Part shown: in pieces, positions 46,579-56,924 of the stretch | Numbering within the stretch: position 1 is the first letter of the stretch | Layout of the letters: each line of letters starts with the position of its first letter | IMG/VR virus record: IMGVR_UViG_3300031867_000027 | Coordinates: 28,752 to 92,751 of that record | Length of the DNA: 64,000 bases | From: a virus | Taxonomy: Duplodnaviria; Caudoviricetes | Reading direction: 5' to 3' (one strand) | Notes under the pieces: model-generated | Told to the model about the DNA's origin: nothing | Databases searched by the model: none | The model's input: the letters and a program-made list of their open reading frames with translations, nothing else | Program-made: the position numbers and the translations under genes

Positions 46579-46909
46579 TATACCTATAACTGAGGAACTT
46601 GATTTCCACTATCTGTTAGGGCTACTGCCACCACTGACCGGGGAATCTGAATTCGCTTGGCTACCAGAATTGTTTTCTATACTATCTGTTGAGAAGCCTG
46701 CTTTTGAGAAGTTAATAGACTTATGTAACTTCTGCGGTGGTGAAACATTACGGATTCCTACTATTGATGAACTATCAGATAGTATAGAAGCTTTGCAGTA
46801 TTTCTACGATACGGAGATAAAAGGTTTGTCCCGTACAGACATTGTTTCTCCTAAAATAGAAATGCTTGTGCGGAAAATAAAGGAAGTTTATTATGCTCAA
46901 TCAGGTTAA
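46568..46909 (+). CDS. Mor-like protein
   Basis: KLIDLCNFCGGETLRIP resembles Mor-family L...FGG..IYIP. Confidence 0.45.
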   Translation: MKNNIPITEELDFHYLLGLLPPLTGESEFAWLPELFSILSVEKPAFEKLIDLCNFCGGETLRIPTIDELSDSIEALQYFYDTEIKGLSRTDIVSPKIEMLVRKIKEVYYAQSG

Positions 46910-47120
46910 GCAGTACATAAGTAATCTTACGGAAGATGATTTCAACGCATACTATTATAAATATATGCTTGATGTTCAAGATAAGAATATTGACCGGGAG
47001 CTGAAACGTTTCCGATCACGTAATGTTTTATCTTTATATTCAATGGATAGGCTTATAGCTCAGACTCTTAGTGAGGTGAATTTAGATGGTGCCAGCAACA
47101 AAGTTGCAGAGCTTATATAA
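46893..47120 (+). CDS. hypothetical protein
   Basis: Coupled ORF. Confidence 0.6.
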   Translation: MLNQVKQYISNLTEDDFNAYYYKYMLDVQDKNIDRELKRFRSRNVLSLYSMDRLIAQTLSEVNLDGASNKVAELI

Positions 47121-47499
47121 CAAGCTATATATACAACTCCGAAAGTATATTTGGGATTTCAAAACAGTAGAAGCTTTAGCTGATTTTGAGATTTCGGTAT
47201 ATCGAAGGTTTCCGGATATTTCCGATGTAGAACGAAAGTTCAATCGGTTGATAAAGGATGTAACTTCCTCCGATGTGTACAGAGATGATGAAGATTTGAA
47301 GTATGCTATTGAGGATTTTGAGGAACAGTTAGATGATACAGATCAGTTCTATGCTGATTTAACTACATTTAGAGAGGTTGTGGAAACATATGAAGATGAC
47401 GATCAAGAAGAATCAGAAGGTGCAGAGTTCGATGAAGAATCAGAAGAGCTCGATGAAGAACCAGAAGAATCAGAAGAGTTCGATACAGAGCAGTTCTGA
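47086..47499 (+). CDS. hypothetical protein with acidic repeat tail
   Basis: GAGGTG RBS. Confidence 0.7.
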   Translation: MVPATKLQSLYNKLYIQLRKYIWDFKTVEALADFEISVYRRFPDISDVERKFNRLIKDVTSSDVYRDDEDLKYAIEDFEEQLDDTDQFYADLTTFREVVETYEDDDQEESEGAEFDEESEELDEEPEESEEFDTEQF

Positions 47500-47626
47500 C
47501 TATAACAAGGCTATGGAGCATATTATGTGTGCTATCTCTGCTCTTGGCGATAAGGCTAAATCCGGAGATAACACAGCAAGAGATGCCGTGGCTAATCTTA
47601 GCGTAGTGCTTTTTGATTTGAAGTAA
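47390..47626 (+). CDS. hypothetical protein with basic repeat N-terminus, overlapping upstream gene
   Basis: GAGG RBS; MKNQKSS repeats then helical domain. Confidence 0.55.
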   Translation: MKMTIKKNQKVQSSMKNQKSSMKNQKNQKSSIQSSSDYNKAMEHIMCAISALGDKAKSGDNTARDAVANLSVVLFDLK

Positions 47627-47635
47627 GAAGTAGGT

Positions 47636-48169
47636 GTGATTATGGCTATCGAAACTGTCGATAACTCCAACATCATCGAGAATCCAATTATAGCTAAACA
47701 AAAAGAGGACGTAGCAAAAATGCGAACGTCCTTATTGTCGTGTTCAAAAGAAAATGGAATCTCCACGATGAGAGCTATCCAAGATATAACAGTAATGCGA
47801 GTATATCATCAGCTGACACGTATCATTCGGTATACTGAGATGATGGATAAACTGGAAGATAAATTGTATGCGGCATTAGATTATCAGCTGGATAATGCTG
47901 AAGTCTCAGACCTTAATACATTGACTATGCTGATGGGTATACAGACGAATCTACAGAAAGCAATGATTGAGTCACATAAGCTGTTGCAACCGTATATGGA
48001 TTTACAGGACTTCAGCGTAGTAGACCTTGTTCATACTACCGAGGATGTTGATAATCCGATTACTCAGAAACTGATTACATCTGAGAGTCGAGATAAGATA
48101 CGGTATGCTGCTCAGAATGTCATAGAAATCTTACAAACCGGAGATACTAAGGCAGTAGGTGATGGCTAA
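47636..48169 (+). CDS. putative terminase small subunit
   Basis: Helical 177-aa ORF translationally coupled to large terminase. Confidence 0.45.
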   Translation: MIMAIETVDNSNIIENPIIAKQKEDVAKMRTSLLSCSKENGISTMRAIQDITVMRVYHQLTRIIRYTEMMDKLEDKLYAALDYQLDNAEVSDLNTLTMLMGIQTNLQKAMIESHKLLQPYMDLQDFSVVDLVHTTEDVDNPITQKLITSESRDKIRYAAQNVIEILQTGDTKAVGDG

Positions 48170-51100
48170 TGCAGTATTCGGCTACAGAACTTATAGACCG
48201 TATTCAGCATATTTATAAATCCTGTGACCAAACAGAACAAGAAGTTCTAATGCAGATACTTAAAGAGCTTGCAGATACCGGAACTTCACCTACCTATGAG
48301 CAGGTGTGGTTATCAGACTACATCGAGATCCCCGTTGATATAGATACATTCCTTGATACAGATGCTTTCCTTGGTAAGACAAACCGTAATGGTCAAGCAG
48401 TATATCCTTTTTGGAGACAGGAACTACATAATGTATTCGGAGCAGGCAATACCTTTAGTGAGTGGGTTCTGACAGGTGCTACACGTATAGGTAAGACTTC
48501 TACTGCAATCACGGCTACGGCATATATGCTCTATAGGCTTATGTGCTTGCGTGACCCACAGAAGTTCTTTGGTAAGAAAGATATTTCTAAGTTCTCTATA
48601 TTGTTTTTCAACATTACAAAGGATCTTGCAAAGGGAGTTGCTTTCCGAGAGTTCAATGATACCTTGAAATGCAGTCCTTGGTTCTGTCAACACGGTACGT
48701 TTTCTGATAGTGAACGTGATTTCTATTATATACCCAATGGTGGAAAAATAGTTATTGACTATGGTAGTAGTGCATCTCACGCATTAGGTCAACAGGTCTT
48801 TGTCGGTTTCTGTGATGAGGTAAACTTCTCTCAGGCAGGAATCAAGGATGTTAAAAAGGCAAAAGCACGTATGAAAGAAACATATAATACTATCGCAGCC
48901 CGTGTTAAGGGTACATTCAAACACGGTGGAGAAGTATTCGGTAAGATATTCGCCGTATCATCTAAGCGCAGCGATAGTGATTTTATGGAAGAATATGTCA
49001 AGGAACAGCTTGCTGCCGGAGCAGGTGAGCATATGTATATATCCGATGCTCCACAGTGGGAAGTTCTACCAAAGGAAACTTTTTCATCTAAGACATTTAC
49101 AATCGCTGTAGGTGGTAGACACCAAAAGAGCTTTGTAGTTCCTGAGAATCAGGATTTTCCGGAAGCAATAGCTGATCTTGAATCACAAGGATATAAAATA
49201 TTACACCCTCCGTTAGATATGAGGTCAGACTTCTTGGCTGACTTCAATGTAGCTTTAAGAGATTTAGCAGGCATAGCAGTATTAGGCTCAATGTCCTACT
49301 TTACTCAGGAAATGCTTACTAAGTGTATCAAGACGGATAGAAGAAACCCATTCTATTCCGACATATTACAGACCGGAGTGAAGGATAGTATCACACTGGA
49401 AGAATACTTCCATTTAGATGAGGTCCTACCTATATTCAAGCGAGTGCCTATTTATATACACCTTGACTTATCATTAGTATCTGACCGAACAGGTATTTCA
49501 GGCGGTGCGATTATAGGTCGCAAGGATATTACAAGTCCTGATGGGAAGAAGATATCCGAACCTATATATGCTCAGATGTTTGCGGTAGCAATAGAAGCCC
49601 CAAGAGATGATAAAATATCTTATTCAAAGATAGTGTCCTTTATCTGTTGGTTGCGAAAATCAGGGTTTAATATAGATAGGATAAGTCGAGATCAGTTCCA
49701 ATCTGAGTATGTGGCACAAGAGCTGGAGTCGAAGGGGTTTACCGTAGACAAGATATCTCTTGATAGAACACCGGATGGTTATGGAGCATTACACACAGTT
49801 ATTCTTGAAGAGCGTTTTGAAATGCTGGATAGTAAATTACTTCAAGATGAGCTCATTCATTTGCAACGTGATATGGTGACAGGACGTTGTGACCACCCGA
49901 TTGGTGGATGTTTTACCGATGATACTATGATTGCTTTAGTTGATGGCAGAAATGTATCTATCAAGGATCTGATGTTAGAGCAGGAGTATAAAACAAATTG
50001 GGTCTATACTGTCAATGAGACTACTCATAGAATAGAACCTAAACCTATAAAACGTGTATTTCAGTCAAAGATAACTAAGCAGTTAGTCAAGGTGACCTTG
50101 GATAATGGCGAAGTTATTACTTGTACACCCAACCATAGGTTTATGTTACGTGATGGGTCTTATCGGGAGATTCAGAATTGTAACGTAGGGGATTCTCTTA
50201 TGCCGTTATATACTAAGTATCCATCTAAAGGGGTTATGAAGCCGTATCGTATGTATTATGAACCATTTGAGGGTAAGTGGCATTTTGAGCATCGGCAGTT
50301 TTGCCCGAATATGGTGCGTAAGAAAGGTTATGTTGTACACCATCAAAACTACGTGAAGGGTGACAATACACCAACTAACTTGTTGTGTGTCACCAAAGAG
50401 GATCATACACGTATTCATAATAATCGTAGTAAGGATTATAGACAGCTATCTACAGCTATTCAATCTTGGCATATTAGAATGAAAGGTACTTCTGAGTATG
50501 AAAAACGTGCTGAGGCGTGTAGGCAGGGCATACTTAATCATTACAAATCTATAAATCCTAACTATGTGCCTTTTAAGGAGAAACAGGCAGAACGCATACA
50601 AGCTATAGAACGAATTTTCGGTATTGAATGGGAGAGACTTACGCCAAATGAGCGAAATTCCTATGGTAACAAATATGCCCGTATGTGTGACCCAACTATA
50701 CAGGAGCGTATATCTACCAAAGTTTCAGAACATCACAAGCAGGGAAAGTATCACAGGGTTCAAGAAGTTATCTCTCAGAAACGGTGGATTACCAATGGTG
50801 TAGAATCATTGTACATTGATAAGACAGCATCTATACCTGATGGCTATTATCCCGGTCGTAAAATAGCTTGGAGCAATGAGGCACGATCCAGAAATAAGGC
50901 AAGGTGGCAAAATATGACTCCGGAGGAACGTGCTGTACGTACAGCTAAGTGTGCAAGTGCTAAAGGAAAGGTTTGGATTAACAATGGGGTAGAATGCAAA
51001 TACCACCCTAAAAATCAGCCTTTACCGGATGGTTATGTGTTAGGTAGATTAAGACATAAAAAATCTACATCTGAATATAAGAATCATAAAATCGTGTCAA

Positions 51101-51378
51101 TTGAGTATATATCTGCACCACATAGAGTTTATGATTTAGAGATTTATGATAACCATAATTTCGCATTAGCCGCAGGTGTGTTTGTTCATAACTCAAAGGA
51201 TTTGTCTGATGCCACCGCAGGTTGGTTGTGGAATGCTGTGTTACACAATCAGGGAGTCACTATACCTACTCAGTCTAAGGTAAATGCTATCTTAGCAGTC
51301 AATGGTCCAAAAACATCTCCGACAAGCGCATTGCCGGGGTTGTTTGGCAATAAATACCGTACATTCGGTAAAAAGTAA
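48169..51378 (+). CDS. terminase large subunit with intein
   Basis: GATRIGKT Walker A, FCDE Walker B, HLDLS..SD.TG nuclease, DHP..|SKDLSDA. Confidence 0.9.
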   Translation: MQYSATELIDRIQHIYKSCDQTEQEVLMQILKELADTGTSPTYEQVWLSDYIEIPVDIDTFLDTDAFLGKTNRNGQAVYPFWRQELHNVFGAGNTFSEWVLTGATRIGKTSTAITATAYMLYRLMCLRDPQKFFGKKDISKFSILFFNITKDLAKGVAFREFNDTLKCSPWFCQHGTFSDSERDFYYIPNGGKIVIDYGSSASHALGQQVFVGFCDEVNFSQAGIKDVKKAKARMKETYNTIAARVKGTFKHGGEVFGKIFAVSSKRSDSDFMEEYVKEQLAAGAGEHMYISDAPQWEVLPKETFSSKTFTIAVGGRHQKSFVVPENQDFPEAIADLESQGYKILHPPLDMRSDFLADFNVALRDLAGIAVLGSMSYFTQEMLTKCIKTDRRNPFYSDILQTGVKDSITLEEYFHLDEVLPIFKRVPIYIHLDLSLVSDRTGISGGAIIGRKDITSPDGKKISEPIYAQMFAVAIEAPRDDKISYSKIVSFICWLRKSGFNIDRISRDQFQSEYVAQELESKGFTVDKISLDRTPDGYGALHTVILEERFEMLDSKLLQDELIHLQRDMVTGRCDHPIGGCFTDDTMIALVDGRNVSIKDLMLEQEYKTNWVYTVNETTHRIEPKPIKRVFQSKITKQLVKVTLDNGEVITCTPNHRFMLRDGSYREIQNCNVGDSLMPLYTKYPSKGVMKPYRMYYEPFEGKWHFEHRQFCPNMVRKKGYVVHHQNYVKGDNTPTNLLCVTKEDHTRIHNNRSKDYRQLSTAIQSWHIRMKGTSEYEKRAEACRQGILNHYKSINPNYVPFKEKQAERIQAIERIFGIEWERLTPNERNSYGNKYARMCDPTIQERISTKVSEHHKQGKYHRVQEVISQKRWITNGVESLYIDKTASIPDGYYPGRKIAWSNEARSRNKARWQNMTPEERAVRTAKCASAKGKVWINNGVECKYHPKNQPLPDGYVLGRLRHKKSTSEYKNHKIVSIEYISAPHRVYDLEIYDNHNFALAAGVFVHNSKDLSDATAGWLWNAVLHNQGVTIPTQSKVNAILAVNGPKTSPTSALPGLFGNKYRTFGKK
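49909..51192 (+). mobile_element. intein with HNH endonuclease (428 aa)
   Basis: Starts CFTDDT, block B CTPNHRF, VHHQN...DNTPTNL..H...H, ends VYDLEI..HNFAL..GVFVHN followed by Ser. Confidence 0.93.
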
Positions 51379-51411
51379 ACTTTTGAAACTTTTGAAAGTG
51401 GGGAAACTATT

Positions 51412-52968
51412 ATGTATGTTGAAAACTATTTTAAGGCAGGTTCATTCGTAGAGTTAGTACCTATCGGACTTCCTATTACCTTGCAGTATAATATCTCTGG
51501 TAATTTGGAAAAAACCTACATTGGATATGGTGCGGACCGTAAAGATGTATCCGATGTATTCAATGAAATTCTAATCAGCAGAGACTATATCCCTGCTAAG
51601 ATATCATTAACTAAAGGTACATCGTGGGTATATGGTGTGCTTTATACGAATGATATTCCGAGAACTATCAGCGGAGCATTGCCATCTTGCTTGCTTGCAA
51701 CATATGAGGCTAAGTTCAGAAATAATCCGGAGCAGTTTAGGTTCTTTGCCGGAAATGTAGAGTGTACATCCGTGAAGTTCCAAGGAGCATCCCACGTCAC
51801 TCAGTATTTACATCTCTGCAAGTTTAATGTTCTCCCCGGTTGGATTGTTCCTCCGAAGATGGATCGCTCTGTATTTGACAAATGGCTCAATGCCACTAAC
51901 TTTAATTTTAAGCACATCATTACAGATTACTTCATATTCAGCAAGGATAAGACAGAAGTTGTAAGTACAAATATACGTCAGCAGCAGATTATGTCAGTAG
52001 AGAATTATATTGATGATAACGGCTATTATAGATGTGCTGTAACTCTCGATGATGATACCGTAAAGTATATGCCATATGCTGATGCTGCTAAATTTGGTTT
52101 AACCAAAGAACTGACAGTTTATCTTGATAGTCATAGCTGTATGTTTGATACAGCCGGGTATACCGTAGATTATAATGATACTATTCATTGTTCCTACTGC
52201 GGTAAGATATATGCTGCGAATCTCAACTCTGGTGAGGAAACTATATGCTCAAATATTCATTGCACATCAAGACTGATAAGACCTATTCAGCGATTCCTTA
52301 CTGTTATGGGTATGCCCTCTATGACCGTAGATGATATTAAACATCACATCAAAGATAATACACTGACTTGTATCCCTGATATATTCCTTATTCGCCCATA
52401 TGTTAATTGTGAACTGAATGTCACGGTTGGTAAGGTATTACAGGCGATGATCCCACTGACACTAATCAAAGCACCAGATGTATACAGTTTGTTTACTACA
52501 GCCTGCTCCAATGATATAAAGACTATCAAGTATTATATCAATAATCCCGGATCTATCATAAATGATTTGAGGATCAATCACCCAGATGCGAATAAGCTTA
52601 TAAGCTGGCTGTCTGATGACTGTAATGCAAGTGATCTGACCACATTGTTGGAAACGGAACAAATTCATATCTCTCAGAGTGATAAATTCTTTGATGGTGC
52701 TCCGATATTCAGAAACAAGTTAATTTATATTACAGGTGAGTTCATTCACGGAACAACATCTGAAATATCAGCCATATTGCAGAGCTATTCTGCAAGAGTA
52801 ACTACTACCTACACTGATTGTGTGGATTGTGTGCTGGTAGGTGGTACTAATGAGAACGTCTGCGGTAAGAACGTGGTTGCAGCAAGGAATATGGGTATAC
52901 CGATAATGACAGAGCAGGATTTCTTTGCTATGTATGGTATTGATTCTGACCTTGCGAACCTTGTCTGA
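51412..52968 (+). CDS. NAD-dependent DNA ligase homolog lacking catalytic motifs (Zn finger, HhH, BRCT kept)
   Basis: ELVPIGLPITLQY in place of EPKxDG; CSYCG..CSNIHC; C-terminal BRCT FRNKLIYITG...ARNMGIPIMTEQDF. Confidence 0.7.
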   Translation: MYVENYFKAGSFVELVPIGLPITLQYNISGNLEKTYIGYGADRKDVSDVFNEILISRDYIPAKISLTKGTSWVYGVLYTNDIPRTISGALPSCLLATYEAKFRNNPEQFRFFAGNVECTSVKFQGASHVTQYLHLCKFNVLPGWIVPPKMDRSVFDKWLNATNFNFKHIITDYFIFSKDKTEVVSTNIRQQQIMSVENYIDDNGYYRCAVTLDDDTVKYMPYADAAKFGLTKELTVYLDSHSCMFDTAGYTVDYNDTIHCSYCGKIYAANLNSGEETICSNIHCTSRLIRPIQRFLTVMGMPSMTVDDIKHHIKDNTLTCIPDIFLIRPYVNCELNVTVGKVLQAMIPLTLIKAPDVYSLFTTACSNDIKTIKYYINNPGSIINDLRINHPDANKLISWLSDDCNASDLTTLLETEQIHISQSDKFFDGAPIFRNKLIYITGEFIHGTTSEISAILQSYSARVTTTYTDCVDCVLVGGTNENVCGKNVVAARNMGIPIMTEQDFFAMYGIDSDLANLV

Positions 52969-53001
52969 CCTTATATATAGTTGCGAAGGTGGTGTTAGAT
53001 T

Positions 53002-54516
53002 ATGGCTAACAATATTATAGATAGATTACTTAGAGCAATCAGAAAACCGCAGAAGAAACAGTCTTATTTAAGATTTACTACTTCCGGAGCTTTCGTGAAG
53101 TTATCAGATATGCGTGGTATATCAAGCGTATCTGATATTAAAAACCTTATTGATACTATGAGAAATCTTGCTAAGGATTCACAAATATCTACGGCTCTAT
53201 CTTACTATGCTACAGATAGTACCGTAGCTAATTCATCCGGTCAGATAATATGGGCGACATCAGAAGATCCGAAGGTAGCTGACTTGATTAATAAACTATT
53301 CCTTAGATGGAATATCAATGATTATGTCAGAGATCACATTCTTGAATTGGCTACTATTGGTAATCTGTATATACCCACTACTGATATGTATAAGACAGAA
53401 TCCGGCAATGTACACGCTCACGGAGTAGCATTGGATAACAATACAATACCTATGCAGGACTTTGATATTGTTCCGGCTTATAAGGTGCCTGCTGAGAATA
53501 TATTGCATATATGGTATCAGGGTCAGCCGGAGGGTTATGTATATCAGCCGGATGATAAGACGAATGAATATATCAATTTCCCTGAATCCGCAGTTATCCA
53601 CTTCTCGTTAGGTGGTTTGTTAGGTGATTACACCATTGATATGACAGAACCTGATGGTTCGGTTAGTACATATGACATTCAGTTTGCAAAGCCACTTATG
53701 GATGGTGCAGTCCTTCCTACGCAGAACTTATCCCTGTTAGAAGATTCATTACTTCTGTCATCTCTTATCCGTGTTGTAAAGTTTATCAACGTAGAATGTG
53801 CAAATGCTGAGGAAGAAGAGATTCAGGATATATTGCAAAGAATTAAAGACTTGATTGAGCAACAGCTTTCAATGAATACTATAACCGGGGATGCGCAGAG
53901 CTTCCTTAACCCTCAGTCTCCGAACAATCTGATATATCTCCCAAAGGTCAACGGAGCAGATGCTATATCTATAACAGATCTCAATATGGCTGATAATACC
54001 GAGGCAGATAATAAGCTTTTGGACTACTATCAGAATAAGAAGTTATCCGTATTGGGTATACCGAAGGAAGCTATGAACTTCTCCTCCGCAGAAGGTTTAG
54101 GTGCTGCAGGAACTGTAATGTCTCAGCGATCCGCTTTGTATGCTAATATCCTTGAAAGGCTTATGACTGCATATAAGAACGGTTGGAGAAAAGCAATCAA
54201 CACATATTTTAGTGTGCGAAATCTCAGCGGATATGTAGACCAGTTTGATTTGCATATGAATCCTATTGTAACTACTCAGTCTACTATTCAGTTTGATAAG
54301 CGCGATGCTGCACTTAATCAGGCTGCAACTCTTGTTCAGTTGCTGAAGGATGCCGGAGTCGTAGAAGATAAACCGTATATTGATGCTTTGGTTGAAATCC
54401 TTGCAGAAGTATTTCCTAAAATGGCGGCTGATGCTACAAATTGGAAAATCAATGTCAGTGAAGATGTTGATGGTGCTGCTATGGGCGGCGGTATGGGAGG
54501 TGTCGGTCTTGAATAA
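53002..54516 (+). CDS. portal protein
   Basis: About 500 aa after terminase; LLEDSLLL..L.R, LDYYQNKKLSVLGIPK resembles T4 gp20-type portals. Confidence 0.75.
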   Translation: MANNIIDRLLRAIRKPQKKQSYLRFTTSGAFVKLSDMRGISSVSDIKNLIDTMRNLAKDSQISTALSYYATDSTVANSSGQIIWATSEDPKVADLINKLFLRWNINDYVRDHILELATIGNLYIPTTDMYKTESGNVHAHGVALDNNTIPMQDFDIVPAYKVPAENILHIWYQGQPEGYVYQPDDKTNEYINFPESAVIHFSLGGLLGDYTIDMTEPDGSVSTYDIQFAKPLMDGAVLPTQNLSLLEDSLLLSSLIRVVKFINVECANAEEEEIQDILQRIKDLIEQQLSMNTITGDAQSFLNPQSPNNLIYLPKVNGADAISITDLNMADNTEADNKLLDYYQNKKLSVLGIPKEAMNFSSAEGLGAAGTVMSQRSALYANILERLMTAYKNGWRKAINTYFSVRNLSGYVDQFDLHMNPIVTTQSTIQFDKRDAALNQAATLVQLLKDAGVVEDKPYIDALVEILAEVFPKMAADATNWKINVSEDVDGAAMGGGMGGVGLE

Positions 54517-54835
54517 TCTCAGAGATATGTTTTTCTCAGAACTCAAGCAGTATAATGGCACAAACTTCCGGACTCTCCGTGATGCTGATTTATCAAATAT
54601 GACACCTGATACCCTTAAAGTGTTCAGCAGTACATTGACCAGATATTTTATATTTGCGGAGAAACATCCGGATATAACAGAAGTTGAAGTTAGATTGCTG
54701 TGGTTTCAATTGAAATTGGATATGGTGGCACGATGCTTGGCAAAGTATCCGGTAGGAACTTTAGATGATTTCAAACCATTCCAAGTTGAGTTGCAGACAT
54801 ATGTTGCTGAAACCAAAGAAGAGAAAGTGAGTTGA
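54509..54835 (+). CDS. hypothetical protein
   Basis: TTG start after GGAGGTG. Confidence 0.6.
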   Translation: MNNLRDMFFSELKQYNGTNFRTLRDADLSNMTPDTLKVFSSTLTRYFIFAEKHPDITEVEVRLLWFQLKLDMVARCLAKYPVGTLDDFKPFQVELQTYVAETKEEKVS

Positions 54836-54841
54836 TTTATA

Positions 54842-55435
54842 ATGGGTGAACCCCTGAGATACAATATTACAGATTGGCACCAGCTTAGACAGGTTGTGTC
54901 TAACAATAGTCGAGAGCTCCGTATAGTTGTAAGTGATATAATTCAGCAGGACATACTTACCGGATTACGAATTCAGATATATCATTCTCTATTCGGTCCG
55001 TTGTTTGCCTGTGTGCTCAATGCTCAGGGTTCACTTATTACTGATGGTAGTGATGTTGATGACTTCTCCACAGAACGAATTCTTCAAGAGCTGGCTAAGT
55101 ATGGATTCTTTGTAACATATGAGCAGGCTACCGTACTTCCGGCAGATCAGCTTACTTTCCTTGCTACAATACAGAACCTTGGTTATGATAAGCTGAGGAT
55201 CCTTCCGGTTAGATCCGGGGATGTGGTACATAAATACCTTGTAGTATTTAATGTAGCAAAAGCCGCTAACTGGCTTAATAATATGCACATCGCTTCATAT
55301 TCTGAATATACAACGGTTCTGCAACGTGGTGGAGCAGTTAATATCACCGATAATGCAAAACAATGGTCTTGGGAATGGTTGGACTTTGTAGCTAATATCG
55401 AGGATATATTAGAACAGAACAATTACAGTGGGTGA
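54842..55435 (+). CDS. hypothetical virion protein
   Basis: ORF in morphogenesis operon. Confidence 0.65.
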   Translation: MGEPLRYNITDWHQLRQVVSNNSRELRIVVSDIIQQDILTGLRIQIYHSLFGPLFACVLNAQGSLITDGSDVDDFSTERILQELAKYGFFVTYEQATVLPADQLTFLATIQNLGYDKLRILPVRSGDVVHKYLVVFNVAKAANWLNNMHIASYSEYTTVLQRGGAVNITDNAKQWSWEWLDFVANIEDILEQNNYSG

Positions 55436-55441
55436 TGAACA

Positions 55442-55978
55442 ATGAGTATAAATCTTATTGGTGATGACATCATTCTAATGCGTGATCGTTACGATGAAGC
55501 CTTAGAGATGTATGGTATTCCCTGTAAATATCAATATCCACTTATGGCTACATCTAATGCGCAAGGTGAACCTGTCATAGATAGCTATTCTGATATGGTC
55601 GATACGGCTGTTTTCTTTGATGGAGATCCAAAGGTAAAGACCTATAAGCGATTAGGTTGGGTTGTTGAAAATGATAAGAACCTCCCATTTTTAATCCATT
55701 GTAGTTTTCATCTGCCGAATTTGCAGAAAGATTGCTTATTCCACATAGCCGGACAATATACCGGAATGCCTGATAGGGTGTTTAGAGTTACAGAACTTAC
55801 TTGTGCTTTACAAGCACCGGATCATATGGTGGCTCAGGTAGTTCCTGTATATGATAAAAACCCAGTAGGTAGAACCAAAAAGGAAGTTGAAAAGACTTAT
55901 AACAAGTCAAATACTTTCTTTAAGCCATATACAGATTATAGGGGTAATCCTATTTCTGAACAGAAAGGGGAGAAGTAA
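55442..55978 (+). CDS. putative neck/head-closure protein
   Basis: Size and position between portal and sheath. Confidence 0.45.
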   Translation: MSINLIGDDIILMRDRYDEALEMYGIPCKYQYPLMATSNAQGEPVIDSYSDMVDTAVFFDGDPKVKTYKRLGWVVENDKNLPFLIHCSFHLPNLQKDCLFHIAGQYTGMPDRVFRVTELTCALQAPDHMVAQVVPVYDKNPVGRTKKEVEKTYNKSNTFFKPYTDYRGNPISEQKGEK

Positions 55979-55980
55979 TT

Positions 55981-56586
55981 GTGCTGTACCTCTACGATTC
56001 GGCAATTGTTGAAGATTTAACGAAATCATTCAACCCTACAGAAGATGGAGCAAAGCCTGTGGTTAGGGTTGTGGGGCCGGAGAAGATAGTAGATTTAGCC
56101 GCTCAGATACAAGAAGATAGAATATCTTTCCCGATTATCGCTATCACAAGGAATGATTATCAGATAGATGAGCAGCGAATGAATTTCTCACGAGCCCATT
56201 TCGGTGTGGCTACTGTCTTTGATAATAAGACCAACAACCTTTACTATGAGAAAGCTTTACCTATTAAGCTCTCATATAACCTTACTCTGCTTACCACAAA
56301 TCAGGCAGATATGGATGAACTTGTAAGAGAAACACTGTTTAAGTATTTGCAGATGTACTATCTTACCATTAAACTACCATATGAAGCCGATAGAAAAATA
56401 AGGTTCGGCATATCCGTGGATGAGCGTACAGAGATTCAACGTTCTTCCGGTAGTTTGGAATATATAGAATCCGGTCAACTGTATCAATCTATTATCACAT
56501 TAAACTGTGAGGGCTGTGTTCTTGTAACTTACACACCAGCTCATCTGATGCGATACGCTACATCAACTGATATAGGTGTAGAGTGA
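55981..56586 (+). CDS. putative tail terminator/sheath stabilizer (gp15-like)
   Basis: ISFPIIAITR...PIKLSYNLTL....ADMDEL. Confidence 0.55.
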   Translation: MLYLYDSAIVEDLTKSFNPTEDGAKPVVRVVGPEKIVDLAAQIQEDRISFPIIAITRNDYQIDEQRMNFSRAHFGVATVFDNKTNNLYYEKALPIKLSYNLTLLTTNQADMDELVRETLFKYLQMYYLTIKLPYEADRKIRFGISVDERTEIQRSSGSLEYIESGQLYQSIITLNCEGCVLVTYTPAHLMRYATSTDIGVE

Positions 56587-56657
56587 TAACCTTATATAAT
56601 ATATGTAAATCAAAATCATATTAAGATAAGTGATTTTAGGTCAGAGGTGATTATTAA

Positions 56658-56924
56658 ATGATTTATAAAAATACATCAGGTGCAATAAGGAAATTCTATG
56701 GAGTAGAATTCAAACCCGGAGAAGTGAAGTCTGTTCCGGGGTATATCAATGCACACAATATGATCAGAGTACAAAGTATGCCTGAAACTGTCAGTGATGT
56801 ACCGAGTAATACTACGGTTGATAAGGTCGATACTCCGGAGGAACCCGTGGTAAAAACCGGAAACCGCAGAAAATCCAAGAATATATTAAAGGAGGATATT
56901 ACAGATGGCACAGATAATAATTAA
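56658..56924 (+). CDS. small late protein
   Basis: After AACCTTATATA motif; GAGGTGA RBS. Confidence 0.65.
   Translation: MIYKNTSGAIRKFYGVEFKPGEVKSVPGYINAHNMIRVQSMPETVSDVPSNTTVDKVDTPEEPVVKTGNRRKSKNILKEDITDGTDNN

Larger units (their letters stand above)
8810..56598. promoter_or_regulatory. dispersed motif (A/G)ACCTTATATA, putative late promoter (span = first to last copy)
   Basis: Plus-strand copies near 8810, 12886, 17356, 32475, 45390, 52967, 56588; minus-strand copy near 19925; mostly upstream of virion genes. Confidence 0.8.

Noticed and set aside
51412-52968. Functional DNA ligase ligA
   Set aside because: The adenylated lysine motif KxDG and other catalytic motifs are missing.
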